Positions 30,901 to 40,110 of a stretch of 64,000 bases of DNA are shown one piece after another. The stretch's first letter is position 1. Every line of letters starts with the position of its first letter. The notes beneath the pieces are model-generated. The model worked only from the letters and a program-made list of their open reading frames with translations. It was not told the origin of the DNA and searched no databases. The DNA lies in the IMG/VR virus record IMGVR_UViG_3300020419_000004; one strand, 5' to 3'. A program made the translations under genes and the position numbers. This DNA is from a virus.

Positions 30901-33900
30901 GTTCCAACCAGGTGATAAGGTTAAGTTTGCTGTAGGTGCAATAAGCTTTAGTTGTACTTATGGTAGTGGTGGCACAACTGCATATCCTAGATCATCAGAT
31001 CCAATTGCTGAAAAGTGGGTTAATTGTTTTAACATCACTACAAATACATTTGATGTACAAACATTAGATACTACTCCATCAACAAACACAAATCCTCATA
31101 CCTACGTCAGTTCTGCTGCTAATGGTATCAGTCATGCTAAGTCTACAATTAAGATTGCAGTAGAAGCATTAGAGTTGAGTTGTACTTATGGAGATCAGAG
31201 TACTAAGAAATATCCTCGTGCAACTGACCCAATAGCAAATCCAAGATTTACTATACCTAACCACAATCAAGATTGTAAGGATGACGTATCTGATGTTCTA
31301 AGAGCAGTAGCATACAACCTTACTAACGGTGGTAACGATGCTGTCTATGACCATGCAGGTTACTTTGTCGGCACTCCACACGTAGATGGTGAAGAATTCC
31401 AAGCACGTGCTGTTATGGAACTTGCTAGTGATATCTCACAAGAAGTTCTTGCTAATGAAACAGTTAACATTAAAGGTTGGCATGGTGTAGATCAGACTAA
31501 GGATCTCACAATTACAGTAGAACCTGGTGGTTGTGCTTCTGTCAAATCTACATGCGACACTCTATTCTCTATAGTTGAACAAGCAATCGTTACTGATAGT
31601 CTTGCTCATGCTACAGATACAGCAGCGTCTACTCCAACATGTGCTGATGTAGCATCTTCTGTCACAACATTCTTCGATATTATTACAACTGTAATCGGTA
31701 CTGAAGCTGGTGGATATGGATCTCTTCCAACCACAAGAACAGTTTCAGTTGGCGATCAGCAGTGTATTGATGACATTCTTCATGTCGTTAGAGCATTCCA
31801 GTATGACCTCAGATACACTGGTAACTCTAAGATAGTTGAAGCTGCTAACAAATATATCTCAAGTGGTGCAATCGTACACATCACTGAGGAGATAGATTAT
31901 ACTCGTGCGATCTATGCATACGCAAAAGAGTTATGTATCAAAGCAATAAGAAATGATCTAGAGGCTGGTTTCTTCTCATTGATTGCTCCAATATCTAATG
32001 GTTCTATCACTGTAGATTCAGCGAAACCTGAGTGTGCTAACGTTGTATCTGCGTTGACTACTAACTGGGGTATATTAGATAACGTATTGTCAAGTGGTAC
32101 TGCATACAGTGGAACTACAACAGTTCCTGATCCACTCATTCAGGAACAGGATGCTGCTAAGTATAGTTTCCCACTACTTAATATTTTCTTAGATCTTCCA
32201 GTTATTGAAGCATCTCCTTACATTCAGAACTCTTCACTTATATCATTCCTTGGTGGTTCTGGTTGTGACATTGACGGTGCTAAGGTTGCTACACCTAACG
32301 TACCTAGACCTGGTCTTAAATTAGATGGACTAGGTAATAGTATTGCACAGTTCGACCCACAAGGTAAGTCGATGGTTGCAAACGCATTCACTATCATCTG
32401 TTTTGGTGGTACTGCGTACAACGTCAGTAATGATGGATACACCCAGTTAGTTTCTGTATTCGCTATCTTCTGTCAAGATGGTATCTTCTGTCAGTCTGGT
32501 GGTTATGCATCTGTTACTAACTCAGCATCTAACTTTGGTACATACTCACTACGTGCTACTGGATTTAGAGCAGAACCATACTCATTTGATATTGGTGTTA
32601 TTGATAGTATCACTAATGACGCTGATGGAAATGGAGTAGAAAATGGTAGACAGGTCATTCAGGTTTCTGGTACAACCTTAACTAACATCCCTGTTGAAGA
32701 TTACATCATCAGAATTGGTGACACTAATCCTACAGACCCTGCTGTTGAGCATATCATTCTTGAAACTGAAGTTGTTTCTGGTGCTCCTGGTACTCAAGTT
32801 GTTGCCAAGATTACAACTAACAGGTCAATGGATTATACATTGACTGCTTCACCTAATACTAGGTACGACTATGCTAGTGGTAACCTATCTGGTCTTGTCG
32901 GTAAATCAATTCAGTTCCACAGACCATCTGTATGTAACTCATCATCACATACTTGGGAATTCTCAGGTTCAGGTAATACCTACGCTGCGTTACCACAGAA
33001 CGGTGGTTTCGGTCTAGGTACTGCATACGAAGCATCAGAACAAGCATTCGGTCAGGTTTATACTTCAGGTACTAACGAGTTTGGTGACTTCAAGGTTGGT
33101 AATTTCGTTACTATCTTCAACAGAACTGGTAATATTAGTTTCGTTGGTACTGTTAGTATCTCTGAACTATCATCTATCAAGATTGTTGGTGGTGACATCA
33201 CGGTTACAGGTTTCTCTGACGCTGATACTCTTGGTGGTGTATTCGCATCTGATAGTTTACTACCTACTCAGGCATCAGTTAAAGACTATATTTCAAATAA
33301 TCTAGGACCATACCTCAACCAACCATATTCAACAAACGCAGTTCCATCTGCACTGGTTCAGTTAACATCTTCAGGTAAGATCAACATTGACCAGATACCT
33401 GCTTTACGTCCATTCAATATCACCTCTGTTACATCTGAAGCAGAAAGACTTGCAATTGAGAACGCACAAGCTGGTGACATTGCTATCCAAACAACTGCTA
33501 CATCATTCAGTGTTGCACCTGCATCTATTAACACAGGTGCCGATACAATCACCATTGCTTCTCATGGAGCAAACACTGGTGATGGATTAACATACACACA
33601 AGGTACTACTGCAATCGGTGGTCTATCGACTAACACCAAGTACTTCGCTATTAAGGTTGATGACAATACTATTAAACTTGCAACTACCAAGTCTAATGCA
33701 ACCAACAACCAAATTATAACTTTAAGCGGTCAAGGTACTGGTACTCATACATTCACAACTGATGGTGTTGCGGTTTCATACATCTTGGAGAATGACTTAG
33801 AAAGTCAGTTCTTAGCATTCCAACCAGACAGTAACTTCTCATTTAGTGTTGGAGCAATTGTACAAGGTAGTACAACTACTGCTCGTGGTACTGTTTCAGC

Positions 33901-36900
33901 ATTCAACGATGGTCAAATATTTAACTTCGTCATCAGTGATGGTGGTGGAGATTACACTGGAGACTTTGCACTAACAATTGCTGCACCTGATGATGCAGGT
34001 GGTACACAGGCAGCTGCTACTGCTAACGTCACAAGTGGTATCGTAACCAAGGTTACTATCACTAACGCTGGTTCTGGATACTATACACAACCAACTGTTA
34101 CTGCACCTAACTCACCAAGTAACAATAATGCAGTAATCGCTGCACAGATTGAAGGACGTGTAGCAATTAACATTGCAAACAATATTAAGTTTGACGCTTC
34201 TGACTTCTTACTAGATGGTGCAAACGCTAACCTAGGAACAGGTACATACAGTCAGACTGGTTCCACTATTACTGTTAGTGAGAGTGGGCATAACTTAGCA
34301 AACGGTGCACTAGCATACTTAGACTTTACAAGTGGTCAAGGTGCTGATGGTTTCTATGCTATCACTCTAGTTAACGCTAATGAATTTACAGTAACCTCTG
34401 CTACATCAACAAGTACTACTGGTAACGTTTCTAGGAAACGAATTATTGATCTTACTAGAGTAATTAATACATCTGGTAGTAACATTGCTAACTGGACACA
34501 GTTGACATCTACTAACATTGATGCTTCTAACATCGTTGCAGGTACTGTTGACCCAGAGAGACTAGCGAATAAAGGTATATCTAACTCCTTTACATTCTTA
34601 CGTGGTGATAGTTCTTGGGAGTATGCACTACAATCAATTAGACCTAGCACACAAGATGCTGTGGTTATCGGTGGATCTGTAACTGATAGTTCTTACATTG
34701 ATACTATTACAATTACAAATGGTGGTACAGGATATACCAACGGTACATATCAAAACTTACCACTACAAGGTGGTAACGTTAGCATCTCAGACGCAGGTGT
34801 TGCGAGAGCTACTTACATAGTTTCTGGTGGTGTTATTACATCCGCACAGGTTACTGACTCAGGAACAGGATATACTGCTGGATTTAGCGTAACAATTCCA
34901 TCTGAGTTTGGTGGTGGTAATGGAGCAATACTTGCTGCTAACAAAGGAACAATCAACCGTGCCTTTGGTAACATTGAGATTGATATTAAAAAAGGTGATA
35001 ACTTAACTCCAGCTGCATCTGTTTATGGTAACTACGGTGTATTCAGATTTAGAAAAGACATTGCTAACCAAGCAATTGGTAACCAAGATCAAGGTGGATT
35101 TATTATTGACAATGATGGTCAGGTTTCAATTGACCAAGGTCCAGGATCTGGACTTAACGCTGACTTACTAGATGGTAACGGTGGAGGTTTCTATACTAAT
35201 GCAAGTAACCTAACTCAGGGTACTCTTGCTGCTGCAAGACTAGCAAATACCACATATGCAATATCCATATCTGGTACTGCTGACAAAGCAAACAGAATAT
35301 TCAACGAGTCTGCATCACTAACTTCAAACCCTGCTCCTGCACAGGCATCAGACGGTGTTGGTGCTGCACTAAGAAATAATACTGCTACTGGTCTGAATGA
35401 TGGTGGTACCACACACGGTATCATGACTTACAGAAGACAAGCAACTGGTACTGCTACAACTCAGCTTGGTTTCACTGATAATAATAACCTTTGGGTTAGA
35501 GGTAACAGTGGTGGTAATGCAGTATATGGTAACTGGTATAAGATGTGGTCAGGACTCAACGATGGTGCTGGCAGTGGATTGGATGCTGATAAATTAGATT
35601 CACATCAAGGTTTATGGTATCAGTCTGGTTATAACTTCGGTGCTTCTCAGGGTGGCATCAACAAACCTATGGGTGACATCTTCTTACCTGAGGTTCTTGG
35701 TGAAGACAAGATGGTATTTGAGAACTTCTATCTCAATGATAGTGGACTCAAGTATACATTATACGTTCCAGATTTCCATGTAAGCACAGGTACTGGTGGT
35801 AACGTCAACAATGGTGGTACATACACTATCTACTCTGACGTAGGTGCAACAAACAACATAGGTTCTATCGTAGTTGATGGAGCAGGTGTTCAGGAACTTA
35901 CACACACTTCAGGTGAGATATACTCTCTCATAACTGGTACGATCGCATTTGTTGGTAACAATACCAACGCAAACATATATGTTGTAGGTCCTAACCCAGG
36001 TACTAAGTGGACTGTAACATCATCCAACTTGATCTCTAGTGGTTCTTCCACAGTGATCGGAATGCGTGATGCTGCTGCAGGTGCTAAGTTACAGGTTGGT
36101 AAAGCATCTGTTTCTACAACTCCAACTGTAGACTTCCGTTCTTCAGGACAAGCACCTGAGTACGATGTACAGTTCCTTATTTCTGGTGGTAATACCAACA
36201 ACGGAAATGGTACTATAAGAATTAACACTGGTGATATTACCGTTAATGGTAACACCATGTGGCATGCAGGAAACGATGGTAGTTCCTCACAGCTAGACGC
36301 TCACTACGTAGATGGATTTACTCAATCAACATCTGCTAACGCAAACACACTTGCACGTAGAGATGCATCAGGACACTTAACAGTCAATGACTTAACAGGT
36401 GACCAAGGTATATTCCAGAACACTGGTGCTTCAATATTACAACTTGCTGATGGTAACGGTGTTAACTTAGGTAAGGCAACAACTAACGCTCTATCAATTC
36501 AAGGTAGAAACAGTGCTAGTGTTGGTTACATCCGCTTTGGTAATGACAGTAATAGTTTCGGTTACAATGGAACATATCTAAACTACAATAACGTTACCTT
36601 CCGTAGCGGTAGAGTAGGTATTGGTGATACAAATCCTGGCTCACCTCTTGAGATTGTTGCTGAGGGTAATGCTAGTTCTGCTACTGCATTTGCTGACTTT
36701 AGAGACGGTAGATCAGGATACGGTAGAATAACATTTGGTGCTGACGGATCATCTTCCTTCATGACCTTTACTGATACTGACAACGATATGGGTTGGCAGT
36801 TAGGTGCTGATGATAATGATCAGTCATGGTTTGCTATTAGAAACTTTGCTGATGCTAGTGGTGCATTATCAACATCATTCCAATCAAATGCTAAAGTAAA

Positions 36901-37597
36901 TGCAGCGTTAGCAATTTACTCTGCAACTGGTAGAGTATTCATTAACAAAGGATCTGGTGTAAGCACTGGTAGTGGATCACAACTAATGGTTGGTGGTTCA
37001 GTTGAAGCTAGCAGTCAACTTAAATCTACTGTTGCAACTGGTACTGCACCAATCAGTGTTTCATCAACAACTGTATGTACTAACCTTAACGCAGATCTAC
37101 TCGATGGTTATACTGCACTTAACCTTCCATACTTGGGTGCTAGTGTTAACACATGGTTGAATGATGATGGTGGACAACCAAGATTCTACTTTGGTAATAA
37201 CTCTCACACATACTTTAGAACAGGTGACAACTACTACTGGAGATCTGACAATGATACCAGTATGGGTTCATGTGATGGTAACGGTGGTACATGGACATTC
37301 TACTCAGGTAGTGACCAAACACAGACATCTTACAGGGTAGAAGTCAGAGGACAGAACGGATTAAACATCGACAGTGACTCTGTTGGTTTATCAAGTGGTC
37401 AAAGATCTGTTGTACTTCGTGCTAACGGAGACAAGCAGTGGATCGACACATACGGTATTATTAAGAGAAACCGTAATAACATTTCGGAAAACATATCTAT
37501 TAACAATGGGGACAACTGTCAAAGCATTGGTCCTATTACTATAAATAATGGATATACCATTACTATAAATAGCGGTGGATACTGGAGTATCAATTAA
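24989..37597 (+). CDS. Giant modular tail-fibre-like structural protein
   Basis: 4202 aa; interrupted beta-helix-like region, helical repeats, YPR-domain array, repeated (L)DADxLDG shaft motifs, and a C-terminal GPITINNGYTITINSGGYWSI fibre-end motif. Confidence 0.8.
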   Translation: MALKINSDQQRISASGNTPTGNWINATYSRTVTGMVNILSVAHGFIGSDKLYIDFTSGGETDGTYTVTKVDDDNLQYQSTNLGVITAGNTLAYKRVRSLSIQGDETIEMSVGTGANEKDALTVNLNAQNNIRIGVNTTDPLYELDVEGQIRTTRSIISDTAQVVNLDIQTIINPALDLRGPNLINYEDTDVTSPTFGTTFYPTADTPPLTDQSRRLATTDFVYKVATNDTGGRVYVSATIGNDENDGRSAARPVKTVKKAAQIAYTLQKATPDPSDEYVSLIVSGGEYLEDNPISLPRNCSLIGDNLRRVVMRPANQDRHMVKASNETYVFGVVFRDALQNPSDPQSTVIHTWKYAFVFDDKQRLYYEPELQQIPAIPGDKFRGDNLFNITFNNHTGNNTTLVVGYFVQGGSSGTLGTIQSITFTGPDASPYSTGSITILITSGVNDVFQDAEKVFYDAVAANIITDINNASVSNRFDVADAESLRPELETISNQIYQHTVNSERFFEAFSGDATKVNLTTDRITVPNHYFETGSAVYYQKDEATVLAGLADTTVYYVRVIDSNTIELYDNYTNSVATTTTTGRKDITSVSTDTKLHLFTCGNVMPESNNIRIPTHQYATGDGVVYRSGAMGGIDGLVSGTSYYVYRENKDWIRLASSAANAVQKDAQGNDDPVTLPINSTGTGYQRFELAANLLSVGTIDTTIATQQTYRGPILTLAGTEYHDYEVGQEVHLYGFQSSAINFGSSTNTSWSLSSGVVTVTISSVDNTLTSGHFSNWMTLTECGLTFNFSGTGSEALSKTYHIDQFDLGSGTPSLPGNTALGMGYARYNSSSTTITFVLKTANIQSTSNTATATGSTVSVLDNVADLNGRKYITHRIERADGYSLQFVIRAAISVFSASLNPTGNQTVISSSNYVLASLRNSPYGFTKISQTDRYRDGAESIKRNQEFIAEEAYGYVKSHYEQSGTRSSTLVIGPTTFNALGDTFTHPISEWTLTYNYLKVKVNTGHNLSKGFRNHNHIYNGGTASNAITITQGSVQKDVTDATYNPVTGDLVLTIGAHAYTTANTLVIANGAISFTCSRDNHATSHTYPRATDPAYGATLPITAVDAAGTVTVNVGVSAGVTISGSSTAGINGTWAISDVYDHREFTLDIGENTISTGTTGTDGSFNDIRKPYRTPNTFPVSNKQGDGADLIANNAELIAEVAVKKMLAANAGYTPTGGTSACTDDLKDFLQKSLYHNLKWGGNDRVYDAANYYIHYVSTGNKDRYAEAFNYAKEYCMKVIRNLPILRHPHTLAPQYYDTSITLDRAVYGTVPNLTQDAANLLNANNKFISEESVERFISKLTDVAVDAVNGNEITINALNGTTPTNTNPHTFQGVATYQFTPTGGSYDPLTGYMTLTMNGHPFVDGDKVQFAANSIKFTCDLDGDASIKSYPRTTDPWYNKWIGVQKVDANNIKVNVGPAKTDVTNHTWSSATTNAVSRAVVYNDTGFTQHTVTGANYEPITGILTLTIPNHGFTIGEKVQVAQDSLTFTCSMDDNFSKHTYPRATDPALNVWKSVTNVTQNTFDINVGTTPPVTFTPTNATYTPTTGLMELTIGNHTLEAPTSHTVTDASLDTSTGIFTVTINNHGFQEGDKINVAQGSIQMSCGYSGGGNESYPKAGQYADGKWLNIWGVTQNTFSFDCTGGVAVSVSDAHTFVSATTLGLKHVKEHIKLTTGAVTFKCAADGNSTDHAYPRSIVDSHTATTGTTYDPNTGIMKITTTAAHGMRNGDWVKLSEGSISFSCGYNGATGSAAIKAYPRSSDPIYNQWQKVFNVTSSTFDLQVLDSIPSTNTDTHTFVSATSNGIQQKRDKTYNTSVPIVAISGTSITIDVGISSNTTAHVYQSALNNSVITGGNYSHTFISATTNGIKRATASTINNYVPSSGTYNPTTGALVLNIGANDLSAPQTYTSTNGVYNPTTGIMTVTVANHGFQPGDKVKFAVGAISFSCTYGSGGTTAYPRSSDPIAEKWVNCFNITTNTFDVQTLDTTPSTNTNPHTYVSSAANGISHAKSTIKIAVEALELSCTYGDQSTKKYPRATDPIANPRFTIPNHNQDCKDDVSDVLRAVAYNLTNGGNDAVYDHAGYFVGTPHVDGEEFQARAVMELASDISQEVLANETVNIKGWHGVDQTKDLTITVEPGGCASVKSTCDTLFSIVEQAIVTDSLAHATDTAASTPTCADVASSVTTFFDIITTVIGTEAGGYGSLPTTRTVSVGDQQCIDDILHVVRAFQYDLRYTGNSKIVEAANKYISSGAIVHITEEIDYTRAIYAYAKELCIKAIRNDLEAGFFSLIAPISNGSITVDSAKPECANVVSALTTNWGILDNVLSSGTAYSGTTTVPDPLIQEQDAAKYSFPLLNIFLDLPVIEASPYIQNSSLISFLGGSGCDIDGAKVATPNVPRPGLKLDGLGNSIAQFDPQGKSMVANAFTIICFGGTAYNVSNDGYTQLVSVFAIFCQDGIFCQSGGYASVTNSASNFGTYSLRATGFRAEPYSFDIGVIDSITNDADGNGVENGRQVIQVSGTTLTNIPVEDYIIRIGDTNPTDPAVEHIILETEVVSGAPGTQVVAKITTNRSMDYTLTASPNTRYDYASGNLSGLVGKSIQFHRPSVCNSSSHTWEFSGSGNTYAALPQNGGFGLGTAYEASEQAFGQVYTSGTNEFGDFKVGNFVTIFNRTGNISFVGTVSISELSSIKIVGGDITVTGFSDADTLGGVFASDSLLPTQASVKDYISNNLGPYLNQPYSTNAVPSALVQLTSSGKINIDQIPALRPFNITSVTSEAERLAIENAQAGDIAIQTTATSFSVAPASINTGADTITIASHGANTGDGLTYTQGTTAIGGLSTNTKYFAIKVDDNTIKLATTKSNATNNQIITLSGQGTGTHTFTTDGVAVSYILENDLESQFLAFQPDSNFSFSVGAIVQGSTTTARGTVSAFNDGQIFNFVISDGGGDYTGDFALTIAAPDDAGGTQAAATANVTSGIVTKVTITNAGSGYYTQPTVTAPNSPSNNNAVIAAQIEGRVAINIANNIKFDASDFLLDGANANLGTGTYSQTGSTITVSESGHNLANGALAYLDFTSGQGADGFYAITLVNANEFTVTSATSTSTTGNVSRKRIIDLTRVINTSGSNIANWTQLTSTNIDASNIVAGTVDPERLANKGISNSFTFLRGDSSWEYALQSIRPSTQDAVVIGGSVTDSSYIDTITITNGGTGYTNGTYQNLPLQGGNVSISDAGVARATYIVSGGVITSAQVTDSGTGYTAGFSVTIPSEFGGGNGAILAANKGTINRAFGNIEIDIKKGDNLTPAASVYGNYGVFRFRKDIANQAIGNQDQGGFIIDNDGQVSIDQGPGSGLNADLLDGNGGGFYTNASNLTQGTLAAARLANTTYAISISGTADKANRIFNESASLTSNPAPAQASDGVGAALRNNTATGLNDGGTTHGIMTYRRQATGTATTQLGFTDNNNLWVRGNSGGNAVYGNWYKMWSGLNDGAGSGLDADKLDSHQGLWYQSGYNFGASQGGINKPMGDIFLPEVLGEDKMVFENFYLNDSGLKYTLYVPDFHVSTGTGGNVNNGGTYTIYSDVGATNNIGSIVVDGAGVQELTHTSGEIYSLITGTIAFVGNNTNANIYVVGPNPGTKWTVTSSNLISSGSSTVIGMRDAAAGAKLQVGKASVSTTPTVDFRSSGQAPEYDVQFLISGGNTNNGNGTIRINTGDITVNGNTMWHAGNDGSSSQLDAHYVDGFTQSTSANANTLARRDASGHLTVNDLTGDQGIFQNTGASILQLADGNGVNLGKATTNALSIQGRNSASVGYIRFGNDSNSFGYNGTYLNYNNVTFRSGRVGIGDTNPGSPLEIVAEGNASSATAFADFRDGRSGYGRITFGADGSSSFMTFTDTDNDMGWQLGADDNDQSWFAIRNFADASGALSTSFQSNAKVNAALAIYSATGRVFINKGSGVSTGSGSQLMVGGSVEASSQLKSTVATGTAPISVSSTTVCTNLNADLLDGYTALNLPYLGASVNTWLNDDGGQPRFYFGNNSHTYFRTGDNYYWRSDNDTSMGSCDGNGGTWTFYSGSDQTQTSYRVEVRGQNGLNIDSDSVGLSSGQRSVVLRANGDKQWIDTYGIIKRNRNNISENISINNGDNCQSIGPITINNGYTITINSGGYWSIN
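29015..31240 (+). repeat. Nested YPRxxDP/HTF domain array in the 4202-aa protein
   Basis: Seven YPR/YPK motifs here plus one more copy at 28031-28339; same domain as in gp7. Confidence 0.9.
37540..37571 (+). promoter_or_regulatory. Two TATAAATA late promoters (37540-37547, 37564-37571) embedded in the 3' end of the 4202-aa gene
   Basis: Two exact consensus matches 24 nt apart, 62 and 38 nt before ATG 37610. Confidence 0.6.
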
Positions 37598-37609
37598 CAA
37601 AAAGTAATT

Positions 37610-38365
37610 ATGGCTGGCATTTTAAGGGTTGACCAAATCCAAAGTACAGGTGGAAGTAACGTTATAGACGTTTCTTCTGGCTCATTCAAACTCTGGAACG
37701 GAAGTTCATACGAGAGTTTCACTATTGAAGGTGCGTTGATTTCGATGAACGTATACACATCACAGAATGGTACATGGAACAGTAAGTCCACTTCTGGTTC
37801 TTCAGGAACATGGAGTAAACCTTCAGGTTGCAGTAATGTTCTCGTCTACTGCACAGGTGGTGGCGGTGGTGTTCGCTGTAATGACAACTCTTATCGTGGA
37901 GCTGGTGGTGGCGGTGGTGCTACTGCTATCAAATATATTGATGTTTCTAACGTAGGTTCAGTCGGATATACTTATGGTGGTGGCGGTGGATACGCCCGTA
38001 ACGGAGGTAGAGGAGGTACAGGTGGTACTTCATCCTTCGGTTCATACTGCACAGCAGGTGGTGGACAAGGTGGTCAAACCGATAACCCATATCAGGGAGG
38101 TCCTGGTGGATCAGCATCTGGTGGTGATATTAATGTACCTGGCGGTGGTGGTGAGATGTCTCACGGTCACAACAGAGAAGGTGGTGGTGGATCATCATTC
38201 TGGCACAAGGCAGGATCTTCACACCATTATGCCAACAACCAAGAAGAGATTACTCATGGTCAGTGGGGATCTGGTGGAGGATATGGTTATTATTCTCAAA
38301 ACAGTTATGCACACAACAACGGTAACGGTGGTGCAGGCGTAGTTATCGTATTCAATTACACATAA
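37610..38365 (+). CDS. Glycine-rich adhesin-like fibre tip protein
   Basis: 251 aa; N-terminal MAGILRVDQIQ fibre-docking-type motif, then dense GGGGG tracts (GAGGGGGA, GGTGGTSSFG, GNGGAGVVIV). Confidence 0.7.
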   Translation: MAGILRVDQIQSTGGSNVIDVSSGSFKLWNGSSYESFTIEGALISMNVYTSQNGTWNSKSTSGSSGTWSKPSGCSNVLVYCTGGGGGVRCNDNSYRGAGGGGGATAIKYIDVSNVGSVGYTYGGGGGYARNGGRGGTGGTSSFGSYCTAGGGQGGQTDNPYQGGPGGSASGGDINVPGGGGEMSHGHNREGGGGSSFWHKAGSSHHYANNQEEITHGQWGSGGGYGYYSQNSYAHNNGNGGAGVVIVFNYT

Positions 38366-38370
38366 AGATT

Positions 38371-38736
38371 ATGAGTTTCGCATTAGTAGACAGAGCATCT
38401 AACCAAACTATACAGTTTGTGGTAGAAGAAGAAGAGTGCTTTGAATGTCACGAAGATTTTAAATGGGTAGACATCCCTGACGATTGGGTCATGGAAGAAG
38501 GTACTAACCCTCCTGACTTTAAATGGAATCCTGATACCCAGAAAGTCGAACGTGCTGTGCCGACACCTCTTGGTTGGGAACAGAAAAGAATGTTTGCCTT
38601 TGAAGATATGACGGTTGAGCAGCAGTTAGGAAACCTCTTTGATGATATTGAAGCAGGTGTCTTTGGAGATATACAAGGTAAGAGTAAATTCTATACAGCA
38701 ATAAAAAATATTAAGGAAGCTTATCCTAAGGACTAA
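38371..38736 (+). CDS. Putative tail-fibre assembly chaperone
   Basis: 121 aa, acidic; C-terminal R...EQQLGNLFDDI...FYTAIKNIKEAYPK pattern, as recalled from small genes that follow marine phage fibre tips. Confidence 0.6.
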   Translation: MSFALVDRASNQTIQFVVEEEECFECHEDFKWVDIPDDWVMEEGTNPPDFKWNPDTQKVERAVPTPLGWEQKRMFAFEDMTVEQQLGNLFDDIEAGVFGDIQGKSKFYTAIKNIKEAYPKD

Positions 38737-38739
38737 ATC

Positions 38740-40110
38740 ATGTCTCAGTTAAATTCTGGAACCGCACAAGTAAATACTCTAACTACTTCGGGGAGCACAA
38801 TCTCTATCCCGAAGAATATTAGTGTCACTGGTGATATAAACTTCACTGGTACTTTGTTGCAGAACGGAGTTGCTTTTGAAACACTACCCACTCAAAGTCC
38901 TAAGACTGCGGGTGGTATTTTAATGTCTGATGGTGAGAATGCTTTCTGGGGAACCACTCTTGCTGCGGAAGGCGATGTAGGTGGTAACAATAACTTTGGT
39001 TACTACAACTCATCTCCCTCTACAACAACTGGTGCAGGTGGACAGAACCCTACAGTTTCTTCAGGTGATTACCTTCCTTACTCAGGAACAGGTAGTTGGT
39101 ATGACTACAACGGTTCGCAGTATAATATAACAGTCGGTTCAAGTTTTAGATATAGAAGTATATTCACACACTCGTTCTTAGTTGGTGGTTACAGAGGATC
39201 AAACCCATGGAGATCAGTTAACCAATGCTACAACGCAACAGATATTACAATCTCTCGTGGTGACCAGTTAGACCGAGCAGCATCATATGTTGACGGAAAC
39301 TTTGGTGACTTCAACGGATATGTCTATGGTACTGTAAACTCCTACGGTGGTAGTGGTGCTTCAGTATCTAGTGTCAACCTACACACAGGAACTAACAGAA
39401 CATTCGGTCCTAACGGAACACCTGGCCACAGTGATGCATACAACACTACTCCAGATAGTATCGGTGCTTCAATGGATACTTGGGATGGTACTGATGACCC
39501 AGGTTCTGCATCAGGACAAACAACACAGAGAGGATACACCTCAGGTGGTGGTCCTGGATCTATTCAGAGAATGAACTTTATCACTGAGATGTGTACTCGT
39601 CTTGGTAATGGTTTCAGTAACTCAGGTGCTACTGGATCCGAAGGACAGTATAGATGCCATCTATTTGGTGACACAGGTAACTCAAGATATGTAGAATTTA
39701 GTAACGAGTCCGTTAACTCATACTCCTTAAGTGGATGGGGTGGTAACGGATGGAAGAAGAACTTGTCAACTAAGTGGGGTTTCTGCTATCATGGTAACAG
39801 TAACAATGTTACACTACCATGGCTCAAATTTAACGATACCAATAATACATCTATTGGTGGTGCATTTAACCAAGCAGATATTTCATCTGGTGAAGAGAAT
39901 ATGGCAATGGGTCAAGATTGGGGTTATTGTTTAGGTAACTATGCTTCTGGTACAGGTAACTATCAGAACAATAGAACATGGAAACGTTACCATGCAACTG
40001 ATGCTGATGTAGTATTAGGATTTAAAGCAGAACCTAAGGGTCACCAAGGACAGTCCTCTGGATGTTGTTTCACTGGTGCGTTCTCAGTAACAGGATTGAG
40101 GTATCAGTAA
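38740..40110 (+). CDS. Putative receptor-binding protein with Kelch-like beta-propeller
   Basis: 456 aa; N-terminal fibre-like VTGDINFTGTLLQNG, then recurring Gly/aromatic blades (FLVGGY, GYVYG, GYTSGG, GYCLGNY). Confidence 0.55.
   Translation: MSQLNSGTAQVNTLTTSGSTISIPKNISVTGDINFTGTLLQNGVAFETLPTQSPKTAGGILMSDGENAFWGTTLAAEGDVGGNNNFGYYNSSPSTTTGAGGQNPTVSSGDYLPYSGTGSWYDYNGSQYNITVGSSFRYRSIFTHSFLVGGYRGSNPWRSVNQCYNATDITISRGDQLDRAASYVDGNFGDFNGYVYGTVNSYGGSGASVSSVNLHTGTNRTFGPNGTPGHSDAYNTTPDSIGASMDTWDGTDDPGSASGQTTQRGYTSGGGPGSIQRMNFITEMCTRLGNGFSNSGATGSEGQYRCHLFGDTGNSRYVEFSNESVNSYSLSGWGGNGWKKNLSTKWGFCYHGNSNNVTLPWLKFNDTNNTSIGGAFNQADISSGEENMAMGQDWGYCLGNYASGTGNYQNNRTWKRYHATDADVVLGFKAEPKGHQGQSSGCCFTGAFSVTGLRYQ

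Noticed and set aside
37610-40110. Diversity-generating retroelement acting on the tip genes
   Set aside because: No reverse transcriptase and no near-identical template/variable repeat pair were seen in the window.
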